This document shows positions 21,393 through 31,771 of a stretch of 64,000 bases of DNA, one piece after another. The DNA is from Syntrophales bacterium (GTDB taxonomy: Bacteria > Desulfobacterota > Syntrophia > Syntrophales > PHBD01). Made by a program: the position numbers and the translations under genes. The notes beneath the pieces were generated by a model. That model had not been told where the DNA came from and did not search any database. It saw only the letters and a list, made by a program, of their open reading frames with translations. Location: the NCBI GenBank assembly GCA_963668175.1, contig OY764159.1, forward strand, positions 2,048,001 through 2,112,000, given 5' to 3'. Position 1 is the first letter of the stretch. Each line of letters opens with the position of its first letter.

Positions 21393-21408
21393 ATCAATAG
21401 TCGTGCCA
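21393..21408 (-). promoter_or_regulatory. Sigma54 (-24/-12) promoter for the activase gene
   Basis: TGGCACGACTATTGAT vs consensus TGGCACG-N4-TTGCW; divergent enhancer-binding protein gene adjacent. Confidence 0.65.
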
Positions 21409-21514
21409 CCTCCTTTGTTGTGTGCAATTAATGAATATCGTTAATGAATATTTCTGTCAACGGGCCGTCTCGGGTTGTTGCCGCCATTTTGCTTGACATT
21501 ATTTGAACATCAAA

Positions 21515-21531
21515 TGTACAATAAATGTACA
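21515..21531. promoter_or_regulatory. Candidate upstream activator site
   Basis: TGTACA-ATAAA-TGTACA (TGT-N11-ACA) about 110 bp upstream of the sigma54 promoter. Confidence 0.45.
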
Positions 21532-21549
21532 AAGAGGCTCGTCAAACGC

Positions 21550-23025
21550 ATGGGACAAGAAAAACTATCCAATGAAGACCGGCCGTTTTTTGCCCAGATC
21601 GCCAGGGCCGCCTTCAGCAACCCTTTCAGCGAGGAGCGCGACGCCGTCGATGCCGCCATAGCCGCGGCCTACGGCGCCGGAAGCTACGACAACGTCCTGG
21701 ACCCCGTCATCGACGCGCTGGCTGCGCGCCTCGAAAAACTGGCCGGAAGGCGAAGGGCCGATGTCCGCCTCTACGAGGGGGAGGATCGTTATCTCTTCAA
21801 AATGGCTGCGCTCTTTCATCTTTTTCACCGTTTTGCGGACCGGTTCGATGCCCTCATCATGAAACAGAATGCCATCGGAGACGTCTCATGTCCAGTCCCT
21901 TTTGCGGAAGAAGTTCTGACGCTTCTCGCCCGCTTCGGATTTTCCGCGCCCGACGCCGCCAGGTATTTGGCCGGAATGTACCAGATGCGGAGGGCCTTCT
22001 ACTTCATCCGCGAGGGCCTCGTCGGCCGGTGCCCGTCCATGCGCCGCCTGCGCCAGAGGCTCTGGAACACGGTCTTCACCCACGACACGCGCCTCTACGA
22101 CGAATTCCTCTGGATGCGGATGGAGGATTTTTCCACGCTGCTCCTGGGCGAGACGGGGACGGGGAAGGGCGCCGCGGCCTCCGCGGTCGGCCGCTCCGGG
22201 TTCATCCCCTACGATCCGGGGGCGGGCATGTTTAAGGAGAGCTTCACCCGGACGTTCACCGCCATCAACCTCTCCCAGTTTCCCGAAAGCCTGATCGAGT
22301 CGGAGCTCTTCGGCCACCGCAAGGGCGCATTCACCGGGGCCATCGACTCCTACGACGGCGTCTTTTCCCGGTGCAGCCCCTTTGGGTCCATCTTCCTCGA
22401 CGAGATCGGCGACGTCTCCATCCCCGTCCAGACGAAGCTCCTCCAGATTCTCCAGGAGCGGACGTACAGCCCCGTCGGCAGCCACGAGAAGAGGCGCTTC
22501 GAGGGACGGGTCGTCGCGGCGACCAACCGTTCCATCCAGGCATTGCGCAAGGAGGGGCTCTTCCGGGACGACTTCTATTACCGCGTCAGCTCCGACGTCA
22601 TCGTCGCGCCGCCGCTGCGGGAACGGCTGGCGGAGGACCCGGGGGAACTGGATATTCTGGTCGCCCACGTCGTCCGCCGGATGGCCGCCGCCGATGCGCC
22701 GGCGATCGTCCGCTTCGTGAAGGAGAAGATCGCCCGGTGCCTGCCTGCCGACTACCACTGGCCCGGCAACGTCCGGGAGCTTGAACAGTGCATCCGCCGC
22801 GTGCTTCTGACCGGTTCGTACGAAGGCGAAACCGCCCTGGAGGAAGCGGACGCCGAGGCAACCCTCGCCCGGAACATCGCGAAGCACGCCTACGACGCCG
22901 ACGGGCTTCTCGCCGACTACTGCGCCCTCCTCTACCGCCGCCTGGGGACATATGAGGAGGTCGCCCGCCGGGTGAGTCTGGACCGCCGGACCGTCAAGAA
23001 ATACCTGGAGAACCGCCGCCGGTGA
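21550..23025 (+). CDS. Sigma54-dependent enhancer-binding protein
   Basis: GETGTGK, ESELFGH.KGAFTGA, FLDEIGD, WPGNVREL, C-terminal HTH. Confidence 0.92.
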   Translation: MGQEKLSNEDRPFFAQIARAAFSNPFSEERDAVDAAIAAAYGAGSYDNVLDPVIDALAARLEKLAGRRRADVRLYEGEDRYLFKMAALFHLFHRFADRFDALIMKQNAIGDVSCPVPFAEEVLTLLARFGFSAPDAARYLAGMYQMRRAFYFIREGLVGRCPSMRRLRQRLWNTVFTHDTRLYDEFLWMRMEDFSTLLLGETGTGKGAAASAVGRSGFIPYDPGAGMFKESFTRTFTAINLSQFPESLIESELFGHRKGAFTGAIDSYDGVFSRCSPFGSIFLDEIGDVSIPVQTKLLQILQERTYSPVGSHEKRRFEGRVVAATNRSIQALRKEGLFRDDFYYRVSSDVIVAPPLRERLAEDPGELDILVAHVVRRMAAADAPAIVRFVKEKIARCLPADYHWPGNVRELEQCIRRVLLTGSYEGETALEEADAEATLARNIAKHAYDADGLLADYCALLYRRLGTYEEVARRVSLDRRTVKKYLENRRR

Positions 23026-23117
23026 ACGGGGCCGCGCCGGTCCGCCGACCGTCATGCGCCGCGGCCGCCGGCGTGACCGTCCGCAATGAAACAGGGCCTC
23101 TTCCGGCTTTCGGCGCA

Positions 23118-23149
23118 TAAAAAAAGGGCCCTCTGCAAAGGCCCTTTCC
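23118..23149 (-). terminator. Probable intrinsic terminator
   Basis: AAAGGGCC..GGCCCTTT stem next to an A-run, between convergent genes. Confidence 0.55.
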
Positions 23150-23191
23150 TGAACGTCCGTGAAACACGGCTGTGACCGCCCCGTCGATGTT

Positions 23192-23467
23192 TCAGGGTTT
23201 CTTCCCCTCTCCCATCGTGAAGTACTCCTCGATCTTCTTGAAATTATCGTCGGTAGCGGCCTTGAACATATCCCTCTTCTCCTTGTAAGCCTTGATCCAC
23301 TCCACGATCATCTGGTTCCCGTCCTGGGGGAACCAGGGGTACTGCTGGAATAGCGCCGTGAGCGTCTTTTCCGCCTGGTCCTGCAGGGCGCACATCGTTT
23401 TGTAGGAGTTGTCGAACGTGGTTTTGTAGAAGTTCATCATCTGTTTGCCGATTTGGTTTGAATCCAT
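23192..23467 (-). CDS. Small helical hypothetical protein (phasin-like)
   Basis: 91 aa, good RBS, KQM..F.KT.FDN...M..LQ.Q.E pattern. Confidence 0.65.
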   Translation of the reverse strand: MDSNQIGKQMMNFYKTTFDNSYKTMCALQDQAEKTLTALFQQYPWFPQDGNQMIVEWIKAYKEKRDMFKAATDDNFKKIEEYFTMGEGKKP

Positions 23468-23860
23468 GCTTAGCTCCCCTTTCCTGGAATAGTTGCTGCT
23501 TCGGATGCACCACTCACCAATGGTATTATCGGCGTTTTTAAGAATAAATCAAGCTTCAATACTGAAAATCGTGTATTACAGGCGCCCGTGCGGCGGGCGG
23601 AGATGCAAGACTGTCAAACCTTTGCCGGCAAAGAAACGTGCAAACCGATACTGTGAGGGAGAAGCGACCGCCCGTTCAGGCGAGTGCCGATACCCGTTCC
23701 GCATTGGGGCGGACTGACGGGAGGAGGGAGGGGAGGCGCCCCCGGCGGGCCATGCCCGTCTGACGGTGCATCGTCCTGAGCTTGATCTGCCGGTGCCTCC
23801 GCCGCGGCGCGGCCGGAAAGGGGCCGCGCCGTCGGCGGCAGGCGGTTGGAGTGTGCCGTC

Positions 23861-24706
23861 TCAGCCTGTCGTGTCGATGGTCGTCGACAGAAGGGCGGTG
23901 AGCAGGTTCTGTATCCTGCTGTAGGAGTTGCTGGCCGTGCTCGCGGTCAGCGAGTTGTTCTCCAGGTACGCGTTCAGCTCGTCTTCGCTGATGGTGCCGT
24001 CGCCGTTCGTGTCGATGGCGCTGAAGACCGACGTGGAACCGGAAGAGTTCTCGGCGCCGATGCCTCCGGCTCCGCCCGGCGGGGGCGGAGGCGGGGGGGG
24101 ACCCATGGCCTCGGTCGAATTGCCCATGGCCGTCTTCAGCTCGTCGAGGGTGACCGATCCGTCGCTGTCCGTATCGGCCGCGGCGAACTTGGAAGCGCCG
24201 TCCGTCGACCCGAAGACGGAGATCATCTCCTCTTCCGAGATGCTGCCGTCGCTGTTCGTGTCGAGCTTGGCGAAGAGCTCCTTGCTCATCTGCGTCTGCC
24301 GGCCGCTTTCCATGGCCGTTTTCAGCTCGGTGGCGGTGACCGACCCGTCGCCGTCCGTATCGGCTTCGGCGAACTTCGCGGCGCCGTCGGTCGAGCCGAA
24401 GGCCGCGATCATCTCTTCCTCGCTGATGGCATTGTCGCTGTTCGAATCCAGCTTGGCGAAGACGTCTTCGCTCGACTCCATCTTGTGCTGCCTTCCCATT
24501 TGCGAAAGGCCGGAATTGGATTCAAGCAGGCCGGACAGCGCGTCGCTGTTGTCGCCAAGGCTGCTCAAAAGCTCGCTGATGCTGCTGTCGCTCGAATCGG
24601 TGGTGCTCGTCGTAAACGCGCTGCTTTCCGACCCCTTGAGCAATGTCTGCCACAACTGAAGCAATGCAGACGAACTGCCGATGCCGCTTATTCCCGTTGT
24701 TGACAT
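23861..24706 (-). CDS. EF-hand repeat protein
   Basis: Five DxD/NxDGxI/VxxxE loops, GPPPPPP linker, Ser-rich. Confidence 0.9.
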   Translation of the reverse strand: MSTTGISGIGSSSALLQLWQTLLKGSESSAFTTSTTDSSDSSISELLSSLGDNSDALSGLLESNSGLSQMGRQHKMESSEDVFAKLDSNSDNAISEEEMIAAFGSTDGAAKFAEADTDGDGSVTATELKTAMESGRQTQMSKELFAKLDTNSDGSISEEEMISVFGSTDGASKFAAADTDSDGSVTLDELKTAMGNSTEAMGPPPPPPPPGGAGGIGAENSSGSTSVFSAIDTNGDGTISEDELNAYLENNSLTASTASNSYSRIQNLLTALLSTTIDTTG

Positions 24707-24781
24707 GGTCTAGCTCCTTTCTTTAATGAATTTGTCGGCTACCTTCACTTTGCTTATCGGCATTCTCCCACTCTATCTTCT

Positions 24782-25092
24782 GTAAACAATTGTTAATAAA
24801 ATGTTTTGCCCGACGACCGGGGGCAGGGAAACCTTAACAATTGTTTACCGGCTGTAACGGAACGGAAGGACTATGCCGGCAACCGGGTATCCTGAGGGCG
24901 ACGCAGCAAGGGACGTACCGGCGGAAAGGCCGGTTCGGCGGCTCCGAACGGTTTTACAATTGTTCACGGGCGGGCAGGTAGCGGCGATTGTCCGGCAACG
25001 GTATGCCGCAAAGGGGAAGGGGCTGCGGTACGGGCCTGACTGCTGCGGCGGCGCGGCCGGGCCAAGGGCGAAAATTAACAAATATTAACAAA
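24782..25092. promoter_or_regulatory. Four related TT(A/T)ACAA-N4-TT.AC boxes in a divergent intergenic region
   Basis: Boxes at about 24782-24796 (inverted), 24834-24848, 24953-24967 and 25075-25092. Confidence 0.5.
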
Positions 25093-25378
25093 TGGGAGGC
25101 TTCGGGGACGGTCTTTCCCGGGCTGCCGAGGGCCGTTGCGCGTGCCGGTCCGGCAACGGCTGCAGATCCTCCGGCAAAATTTGCCCGCCGGTTTCCGGGC
25201 GGGTCCGGTTACTGCCGGCGGGATATTTTTCCGGGAGATCAGGAAAAGCGAACCGGCGAATCGGGGAATACCTGATAGTAAAAACCTACCAATGGCCTAT
25301 CATAATCTCCGGATGGAACGGACCCGATAAGACGTGTATCATGCGCACGAAACTCATTTTATTAGGAGGCGGAAACGA

Positions 25379-25864
25379 ATGCGGAAAACTCCCACGATTA
25401 TTATGATAGCGGCGATGGTCATTCTGACGGCGGCAGCCGTGTATGCGGACGGTTCGTCCGGTAACGGCAAACCGGGCGTCATGATGCTGGCGGCGAAAGC
25501 CGATATGCAGAAGGCCCCCGACTTTCCTCCCATGGCGGGTCCGGGCAAGAAGGTCGCCATCGGGGGCGGCAGCTACCTCATCTATGATTTCGACAAGAAA
25601 CCGAAGATGGGAACGGTCATCATGAAGGTCGATATCTATAAGGCGGACGGCGGCAAAGAGACGTCGCTCACCGTCAAGGCCGACGCGGGGATGCCCTCCA
25701 TGCGGGGCGCCCACGACACGGGCGAGAAGCCCTTCCAGCTCAACAAGAAGGGGACCTACCTCATCCCGATATCCCTGGTGATGCCGGGCGACTGGGAAAT
25801 CAAGCTCTCCGTCTGGAAGGAGGGTAAAGCCATCTTCAGGGGCCGGTACAATTTTGATATTTAA
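25379..25864 (+). CDS. Exported YtkA/FixH-like protein
   Basis: Signal peptide; MPSM..AH; MPGDWEI; ATG after AGGAGG. Confidence 0.72.
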   Translation: MRKTPTIIMIAAMVILTAAAVYADGSSGNGKPGVMMLAAKADMQKAPDFPPMAGPGKKVAIGGGSYLIYDFDKKPKMGTVIMKVDIYKADGGKETSLTVKADAGMPSMRGAHDTGEKPFQLNKKGTYLIPISLVMPGDWEIKLSVWKEGKAIFRGRYNFDI

Positions 25865-26858
25865 GACGCTCGCCATCGTTCTATCGCTTTTCTGCTTCGC
25901 CTTCGCGGCGCAGGCGGCGGACCACCTCCTCTACTTCGAGGCCCAGGGGGTCGGCATGTGGTCGAGCGAAAAGAAGAAGACCGTCTTCTATTCCCAGAAC
26001 CCCGACGCGGAGATGCAAAAACCGGGCGTCGGTTTCGATTATCTGCAAAAACTCTCGGGCGAGTCGGGGGACTGGGGGAGCATCGCCCTCCAGGGGCGCC
26101 TCGCGCTCTCCGAGGACCTGGACAGCAACGAAAACGGCAACGCTTACAAGGTGGAACCCCAGATCTACAACGCCTACCTGAAGGTGAAGACGCCCGTCAC
26201 CTACGTCTGGGTCGGGCACAACCGCCCGGCCTTCGGCCTGTCGTCCTATTTCGACAGCCACGCCCTGATCCTCCGGACCCTGGCCATCCAGGGGTTCGGC
26301 TACGACCGCGACTGGGGGGCGGGGCTCTACCGGGACTTCTCCTGGGGAGATGTCGCCGCGACGGCCACGACCGGCTCGGGGATGCCGATCCTTTTTAAAG
26401 GCGGCAACTACATGACGGCGGCCCGCGTCTCCTACGGGGTATTGAGCCGCGACAATTACAACCTCGGCGTCTCCGGGGGATACGGCTATACCCTGGATAC
26501 GATGGGCTACAAGCTCATGGACCCGGAGCCGCAGCTCATGAGGATGGGGGCCGTCGATTTCACGTACCTCCGGAACAGCTTCGAGCACCGGTTCGACGTC
26601 TATGCCGGGACGTGGCTGGGCAAGGACATGCACGCCCTCTTTTACCGGCTCGGCTGGAACATCGACCGGGAGGCGCGCTTCAAGCTGGAGGGCCAGCCCG
26701 TGTTCTGGAAATTGGGGGACGACCGCAACTACCAGCTCTCGGTTTGCCTGTCCGTGGCGGTCACGTCGACCTTCACGGTCCGCCTGGGTTACACTTACGA
26801 CCATGCGGCGGACGACAACCAGGTCGTCCTGCAGCTCTACTTCTACCGGCCCATTTGA
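25854..26858 (+). CDS. Exported hypothetical protein, probable outer-membrane beta-barrel
   Basis: Signal peptide; alternating beta pattern; aromatic C-terminus. Confidence 0.7.
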   Translation: MIFKTLAIVLSLFCFAFAAQAADHLLYFEAQGVGMWSSEKKKTVFYSQNPDAEMQKPGVGFDYLQKLSGESGDWGSIALQGRLALSEDLDSNENGNAYKVEPQIYNAYLKVKTPVTYVWVGHNRPAFGLSSYFDSHALILRTLAIQGFGYDRDWGAGLYRDFSWGDVAATATTGSGMPILFKGGNYMTAARVSYGVLSRDNYNLGVSGGYGYTLDTMGYKLMDPEPQLMRMGAVDFTYLRNSFEHRFDVYAGTWLGKDMHALFYRLGWNIDREARFKLEGQPVFWKLGDDRNYQLSVCLSVAVTSTFTVRLGYTYDHAADDNQVVLQLYFYRPI

Positions 26859-26882
26859 GGCCGAGAAAAGGACTGAAACGAT

Positions 26883-27569
26883 ATGAGCGGAAAAATATTC
26901 CCGGGAATTCGGGGAGCATCGCCCTTGCTCCGCGCCGTGTGCCTGCTTGCGGCTTGCCTCCTGGTCCTGGCGTGGCACACGGCCCTCTGGGCCGCCGTCG
27001 GCTGCGACCTGAACGACCCGGATCGGGACGTGGCGCGGCTCTTCCCCGAATCGACAGGATACAAGACGGTCTATACCTCCATCCTGAAGGCGGGCGGCGA
27101 GAATCTCCTGACGAAGGTGGAGGCGCGGCTGGGGGATAAATTCAAGGGCATCTTCGAGACGGCGGACGTCCCCTACACGATCTACGAGATATACAAAGGC
27201 AAGCAACTGATCGGCTACATCCACGGCGTGAACCAGAAGGGCCAGTACGGCGGCATCCAGGTCTTTCTCTGTCTCGACATGGAGGGGAAGATCAAAGGCT
27301 TTTACATCCAGAAAATGACGAGCCAGTATGCCGCGAAGCTCCGCGACGCGAAGTTCGGCCGGCAGTTCACGGGTCTTTCCCTTGCGGACTTCATGCGGTA
27401 CGACGTCGCGTCCGGCAAGGGAACGGGGAAGGTCGAGGCGGTCAGGAACCCCGCCCCGGAGGCCGAAGAGGACTTCCGGGCGTCGCTCCGCGCGACGAAG
27501 AAAAACCTCATCCTCATGGACGAATTCGTCTATGCGGCGAAGGCGGTAAAGGGAGGACAGAAGAAATGA
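26883..27569 (+). CDS. Exported hypothetical protein (FMN-binding-like fold possible)
   Basis: Signal peptide; operon position; KG.YG.I motif. Confidence 0.65.
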   Translation: MSGKIFPGIRGASPLLRAVCLLAACLLVLAWHTALWAAVGCDLNDPDRDVARLFPESTGYKTVYTSILKAGGENLLTKVEARLGDKFKGIFETADVPYTIYEIYKGKQLIGYIHGVNQKGQYGGIQVFLCLDMEGKIKGFYIQKMTSQYAAKLRDAKFGRQFTGLSLADFMRYDVASGKGTGKVEAVRNPAPEAEEDFRASLRATKKNLILMDEFVYAAKAVKGGQKK

Positions 27570-28759
27570 TATCCAAGTTCCAGGTGGCCTATAAGAACCT
27601 GTTGCGGAAAAAGGTCCGTACGCTCCTCACCCTCGTCGGCATCTCGCTTTCGTCGTGGGTGCTCGTGAGCCTCCTCGGCTTCAACCAGGGCTACGAGGCG
27701 TCGCTCAACAGGGACATCGACAACATGGGCTTCCAGATCATGATCATGGCGAAGGGCTGCCCCTACGAGGCGGCCACCCTCATGCTCAAGGGCGGGACGG
27801 GCCTGCGCTACATGAAGGAAGACGTCATGAAGGACATCGCGAAGGAGCCGGACGTGGAGAAGCTGACGCCGATCCTCATGACGGCCCTCTTCGACCCCAA
27901 CAAGGGCGAGTCGGGCGGCATCGCGGCCTACTTCGGCATCGACTCGAAGACCTTCGCCGAACTGAAGCCCTTCCTGAAATTCAAGCAGGGCGGCTGGTTC
28001 TCGGGCGACGACGTCCGCGAGGTCGTCATGGGCTACGAGGCGGCGGAGCTGGAGCAGCGCGAGGTGGGCGACAAGATCCTCATGCCCGAAAAGAACATCG
28101 AGTTCAAGGTCGTGGGCATCCTGGAGCGGACGGGAACGCAGGACGACGGGACGATCTTCGCGCCCATCAAGACCCTCCAGAAGATCTTCGACCGGCCCGA
28201 CGAGATCACCACCATCGGCATCCGGCTGAAGAAGGGCGTGGACAGCACGCGCCTGGAGGACAAGCTCTACAAGCTCCCGGACGTCCAGGTGGTGAGCCTC
28301 GCGCAGGTGAAGGACACGATCATGAAGCTGATCTCGACGGCCAAGGTGATGGTCCTGTCGATCGCGGCCATCGCGATCCTCATCGCCATGGTGGGCGTGA
28401 TCAACACGATCCTGACGTCCGTGTGGGAGCGCTTTCAGGAGATCGGCATTTTGAAGACCGTGGGCGCCATGCCGTGGGACGTCTTCAAGCTCATCTGGAT
28501 CGAGACGCTCATCCTCTGCACGGCGGGCGGCATCGTCGGGATCGTGCTGGCGGTGTTGCTGGCCCGCATGACGGACGTGCTCATGCGGCGGCTCTTGCCT
28601 TACGCGCCGGGCGGGGGCCTCGTTATCATCGACTTTAAGCTCGTCGTGATCACGCTCTTCGGCATCCTCGCCATCGGGCTCGTCAGCGGCATCTATCCCG
28701 CCTGGCGGGCGGGGCGGATCAGGCCCCTGGAGGCGATCAGAGGGGAGGGCGGGCGATGA
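27566..28759 (+). CDS. MacB/FtsX-type ABC permease
   Basis: NL.R.K.RT.LT, ER..EIGILK.VGA, YPAWRA....P.EAIR. Confidence 0.92.
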   Translation: MISKFQVAYKNLLRKKVRTLLTLVGISLSSWVLVSLLGFNQGYEASLNRDIDNMGFQIMIMAKGCPYEAATLMLKGGTGLRYMKEDVMKDIAKEPDVEKLTPILMTALFDPNKGESGGIAAYFGIDSKTFAELKPFLKFKQGGWFSGDDVREVVMGYEAAELEQREVGDKILMPEKNIEFKVVGILERTGTQDDGTIFAPIKTLQKIFDRPDEITTIGIRLKKGVDSTRLEDKLYKLPDVQVVSLAQVKDTIMKLISTAKVMVLSIAAIAILIAMVGVINTILTSVWERFQEIGILKTVGAMPWDVFKLIWIETLILCTAGGIVGIVLAVLLARMTDVLMRRLLPYAPGGGLVIIDFKLVVITLFGILAIGLVSGIYPAWRAGRIRPLEAIRGEGGR

Positions 28760-29460
28760 ACCAAAACAATGGAGCCATCGAGGCGGCCGGCCTCACCAAG
28801 GTCTATTCCCGCGGCATCGAGAAGGTCGTTTCGGTGAACGAGGTTTCCTTCCGGATCGAAAAGGGAGACTTCGTCTCCGTCATCGGCCCGTCGGGGTCGG
28901 GCAAGACCACTCTCATCAACCTCCTGGGCTGCCTCGACAACCCCACGTCGGGCATCCTGAAACTGGGCGGCCGGCCGATCTTCGGCGACGGCAAGCCCCT
29001 GTCGGAGAAGGAGCTGACGCGGATCAGGCGGGAGACCTACGGCTACATCTTCCAGAACTTCTACCTCATCCCGACGCTCACCGTCCGGGAAAACGTCATG
29101 CTGCCCTGGACGTTCTATAAAAAAGCCGACGCGGAGAAGGACGTAGACCGCCTGCTCAAACTCTTCGGGATCGACCACCGCCAGGATCACCTGCCCGACC
29201 AGATCTCCGGCGGCGAGATGCAGCGCGTGGTGATCGCCCGGGCCATGGTGAACCGGCCGGAAATCCTTCTTGCCGACGAGCCGACGGGGAACCTCGACAC
29301 GAAGCGGTCCGTGGAGATCGTGACCGTCCTCAAGGAGCTGAATGTCGCGACGGGCCTGACCGTCGTCATGGTCACGCACAACCCGGAACTGGCGCGCTAC
29401 GCCGGCCGCATCTTCGAGATGCGCGACGGCCGGATCGACCGGATCGAGAAGGTCGCGTAG
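28756..29460 (+). CDS. ABC ATP-binding protein (LolD/MacB-like)
   Basis: [28 protein letters not shown]. Confidence 0.95.
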   Translation: MNQNNGAIEAAGLTKVYSRGIEKVVSVNEVSFRIEKGDFVSVIGPSGSGKTTLINLLGCLDNPTSGILKLGGRPIFGDGKPLSEKELTRIRRETYGYIFQNFYLIPTLTVRENVMLPWTFYKKADAEKDVDRLLKLFGIDHRQDHLPDQISGGEMQRVVIARAMVNRPEILLADEPTGNLDTKRSVEIVTVLKELNVATGLTVVMVTHNPELARYAGRIFEMRDGRIDRIEKVA

Positions 29461-29541
29461 GCGGCGGCTACGGCGGCCGGAGGCGCGAATGCTCCGCGCC
29501 TCAATCCCGATAGCGGCGTTTGCGCCCACTGCGGGCCGCAA

Positions 29542-30447
29542 TCAGTACGGCGCCGTGGGCGGCGTGAAATTGGAAGTCCAGAGGGCCTTGCCCTTGGTGA
29601 TGTGGATTTCGTCAATATATCCGACAAAATTATAAGACCCGTCAAAGCGCCTCCCGATTTTCAATTCATTTGAACTTGGCCCCACTGTTCCACTGAAAGA
29701 ACAAGAGGCAACCGATGTTCCATCCATATATATGGTTATGGTGTTTGCGGACCTTACAAGTGCCAGATGGTACCATTGACCCGTATTCCATATTATCCCC
29801 GATGTTTCAACATGAAAATCATTCGTTTGTGAATTCCAGTTTTCAAAGCGGAGTTGATAGGATGGCGTGAAAGTAAATTCAAACCCCGAGTACCCTCTTG
29901 AGTCATGTGTGGCAAGGGGCACTTGCCACATTCCTTGATCCAATCGTTTGATCCAGAAATCGATCGTGAAATCGCCACTGCCGAAATTAAAATCATCGCT
30001 ATTCGGAATGGTCACATAACCGGACCCGTCCAGGTATAAAGATCCGGTGCCGAATTTTGGAGATGTTGTGGATATCTGCGCCGTGCCATGCACTATCGCA
30101 GTATGGGGTATGTATGACGAATCGGTAAATGTCGTCGAGCCGGAAGTTCCGTCGAAGTGCAGCAACAGTTTTTCATACGCACCGGGCATGAACGGCTGCC
30201 AGTTTGAACCGTTGCAAAATTCCATGATTTTATAAGTCGCGTTATAGCGAACAGCGCCTTCAATGGCTGAAGAGCAGGAAGCATTGCCATTGCCGACGCG
30301 GACGTCGCCGTTCACGTCCAGTTTCGATGCGGGGGAAGTCGTTCCGATACCGAGTTTCCCGTTGACGATCATATCCCCGTCCGCAGCAGACGCCGTTGTG
30401 CCGATGAGCAAAAACCCCAGGATGCATACCAACCGCATGGTCTTCAT
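29542..30447 (-). CDS. Exported LamG/concanavalin-like protein with fibre-type N-terminus
   Basis: Signal peptide; GIGTTSP..KLDV.G; C....EGA.RYN...EFCNG..W; DFTI.FW, WYHLA, GYIDE. Confidence 0.85.
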   Translation of the reverse strand: MKTMRLVCILGFLLIGTTASAADGDMIVNGKLGIGTTSPASKLDVNGDVRVGNGNASCSSAIEGAVRYNATYKIMEFCNGSNWQPFMPGAYEKLLLHFDGTSGSTTFTDSSYIPHTAIVHGTAQISTTSPKFGTGSLYLDGSGYVTIPNSDDFNFGSGDFTIDFWIKRLDQGMWQVPLATHDSRGYSGFEFTFTPSYQLRFENWNSQTNDFHVETSGIIWNTGQWYHLALVRSANTITIYMDGTSVASCSFSGTVGPSSNELKIGRRFDGSYNFVGYIDEIHITKGKALWTSNFTPPTAPY

Positions 30448-30462
30448 AAACCGCTTCCTTTC

Positions 30463-31482
30463 TTATTGCGTGTTCAAGATGAAATTCTTGATGGTTAGGG
30501 TCCCGCCGCCTGCATATGTACGGATCGACCCCGTGAGGGTGGTCGTTCCGGCGATACTCGAATAATCGGTGTTGTAGCCGCCTTCGATGGACACCGAGAT
30601 GTCGCGGTTTACGTTGAGGCTCTCGGTACGGCTCACGGCCTGCATCTGGATCGTTGCGCCGTTTGCCGCGGCGTCGTAGGCCGCCTGGAGCGTCGCGTAA
30701 TATGTGGGCGTCGCCCCCGCGATCCTGATCCAGGATGCGCCGATGAAGTAGGTCTCGGTCCTGATCGTTTCAAGGTTGCCCGCCAGGTCGGAGGCGAAGA
30801 ACTTCAGCGTCGTCGAGGCCGCGATGTTCAGGGCCGAGGCATATTGCGAAGACGCCGTCGTGGGCGTCGTGCCGTCGGTCGTGTAGTAGATCTTGTCGCA
30901 GCCCGAACCGGAGCCGTCGCCGCATGTCAACGCCACCGACTGGGCCGACGCAAACGACCCGCCCGCGGGCGAGGCGGACGTGGACGGCGCCACGGTGTCC
31001 AGGAGGACGGCATCGTTGAACGCCGCGGACCAGTTGCCTGCCGCGTCCTTGAACTTGGCATAGACGCCTTTGGTGCCGTCCCCCGACGCGAGGCTCCAGG
31101 ATTTGGTCGCGGCGAAGGCCTCGGGCGTGGAGTAGTTCGTGTCGTCGTTGGAGAACTTCATCTGCGCGCAGCCCGAAGGATCGCTGCACGTGAGCGTCAG
31201 GGCGACGACCGCGCTGTTCGTGGCGGATGCCCCGGCGTTGATCGAGACCGTTCCCGCGGGGGCGGTGACATCCGTGACGACTTTCTGGGTTCTGCTTCCC
31301 GTGTCGTCGTAGGTGTAAACGATCGTCGCGCCGTCGGGATAATCGACGCGCGTCAGGCGGTTTCCGTTGTCGTAGGTGTAAGAGACTGTTGCAGGGGAGG
31401 GGATTGCCGAAGCGAAAAACAACAGGACGGCTGCCAACGCTTCAGCGATCAAAATGTTTCTTCTCTTCTTTGTCATCGTCAT
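30463..31482 (-). CDS. Exported protein with YD repeat and Ig/FN3-like (CHB_HEX_C-like) domains
   Basis: Signal peptide; YTYD..NRLT.V.Y.DG..I.YTYD; D.AGN repeats; IYYTTDGT.P. Confidence 0.82.
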   Translation of the reverse strand: MTMTKKRRNILIAEALAAVLLFFASAIPSPATVSYTYDNGNRLTRVDYPDGATIVYTYDDTGSRTQKVVTDVTAPAGTVSINAGASATNSAVVALTLTCSDPSGCAQMKFSNDDTNYSTPEAFAATKSWSLASGDGTKGVYAKFKDAAGNWSAAFNDAVLLDTVAPSTSASPAGGSFASAQSVALTCGDGSGSGCDKIYYTTDGTTPTTASSQYASALNIAASTTLKFFASDLAGNLETIRTETYFIGASWIRIAGATPTYYATLQAAYDAAANGATIQMQAVSRTESLNVNRDISVSIEGGYNTDYSSIAGTTTLTGSIRTYAGGGTLTIKNFILNTQ

Positions 31483-31564
31483 TTTATGTCCCTCCGGGGT
31501 TGAACTCAATCTGTTTCTTTGATTGTAAATATTTCTATTAGTGCTTTATTCATCGTTGGATGTT

Positions 31565-31648
31565 CTAAGAGGCGAGCCCGTCGGCATGGTAGTAATAGGG
31601 CGTAAAGCTTGCCCCGTTCTTTGCCTCCACCGCCAGCGGTTCGTCGAT
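31565..31648 (-). pseudogene. Seventh orphan Rhs stub
   Basis: IDEPLAVEAKNGASFTPYYYHADGLAS* with the same upstream motif as the other orphans. Confidence 0.85.
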
Positions 31649-31771
31649 GTTATGTTGTCAAAGAACTAAAAATTCAAAGCAATAGTAACTTCAAATTCTT
31701 TTGTGAATACATTTATTTTCATAAATAGCAGAATAAGAATTAAAGTTAAATCGACGCCACTCCTGAATATC

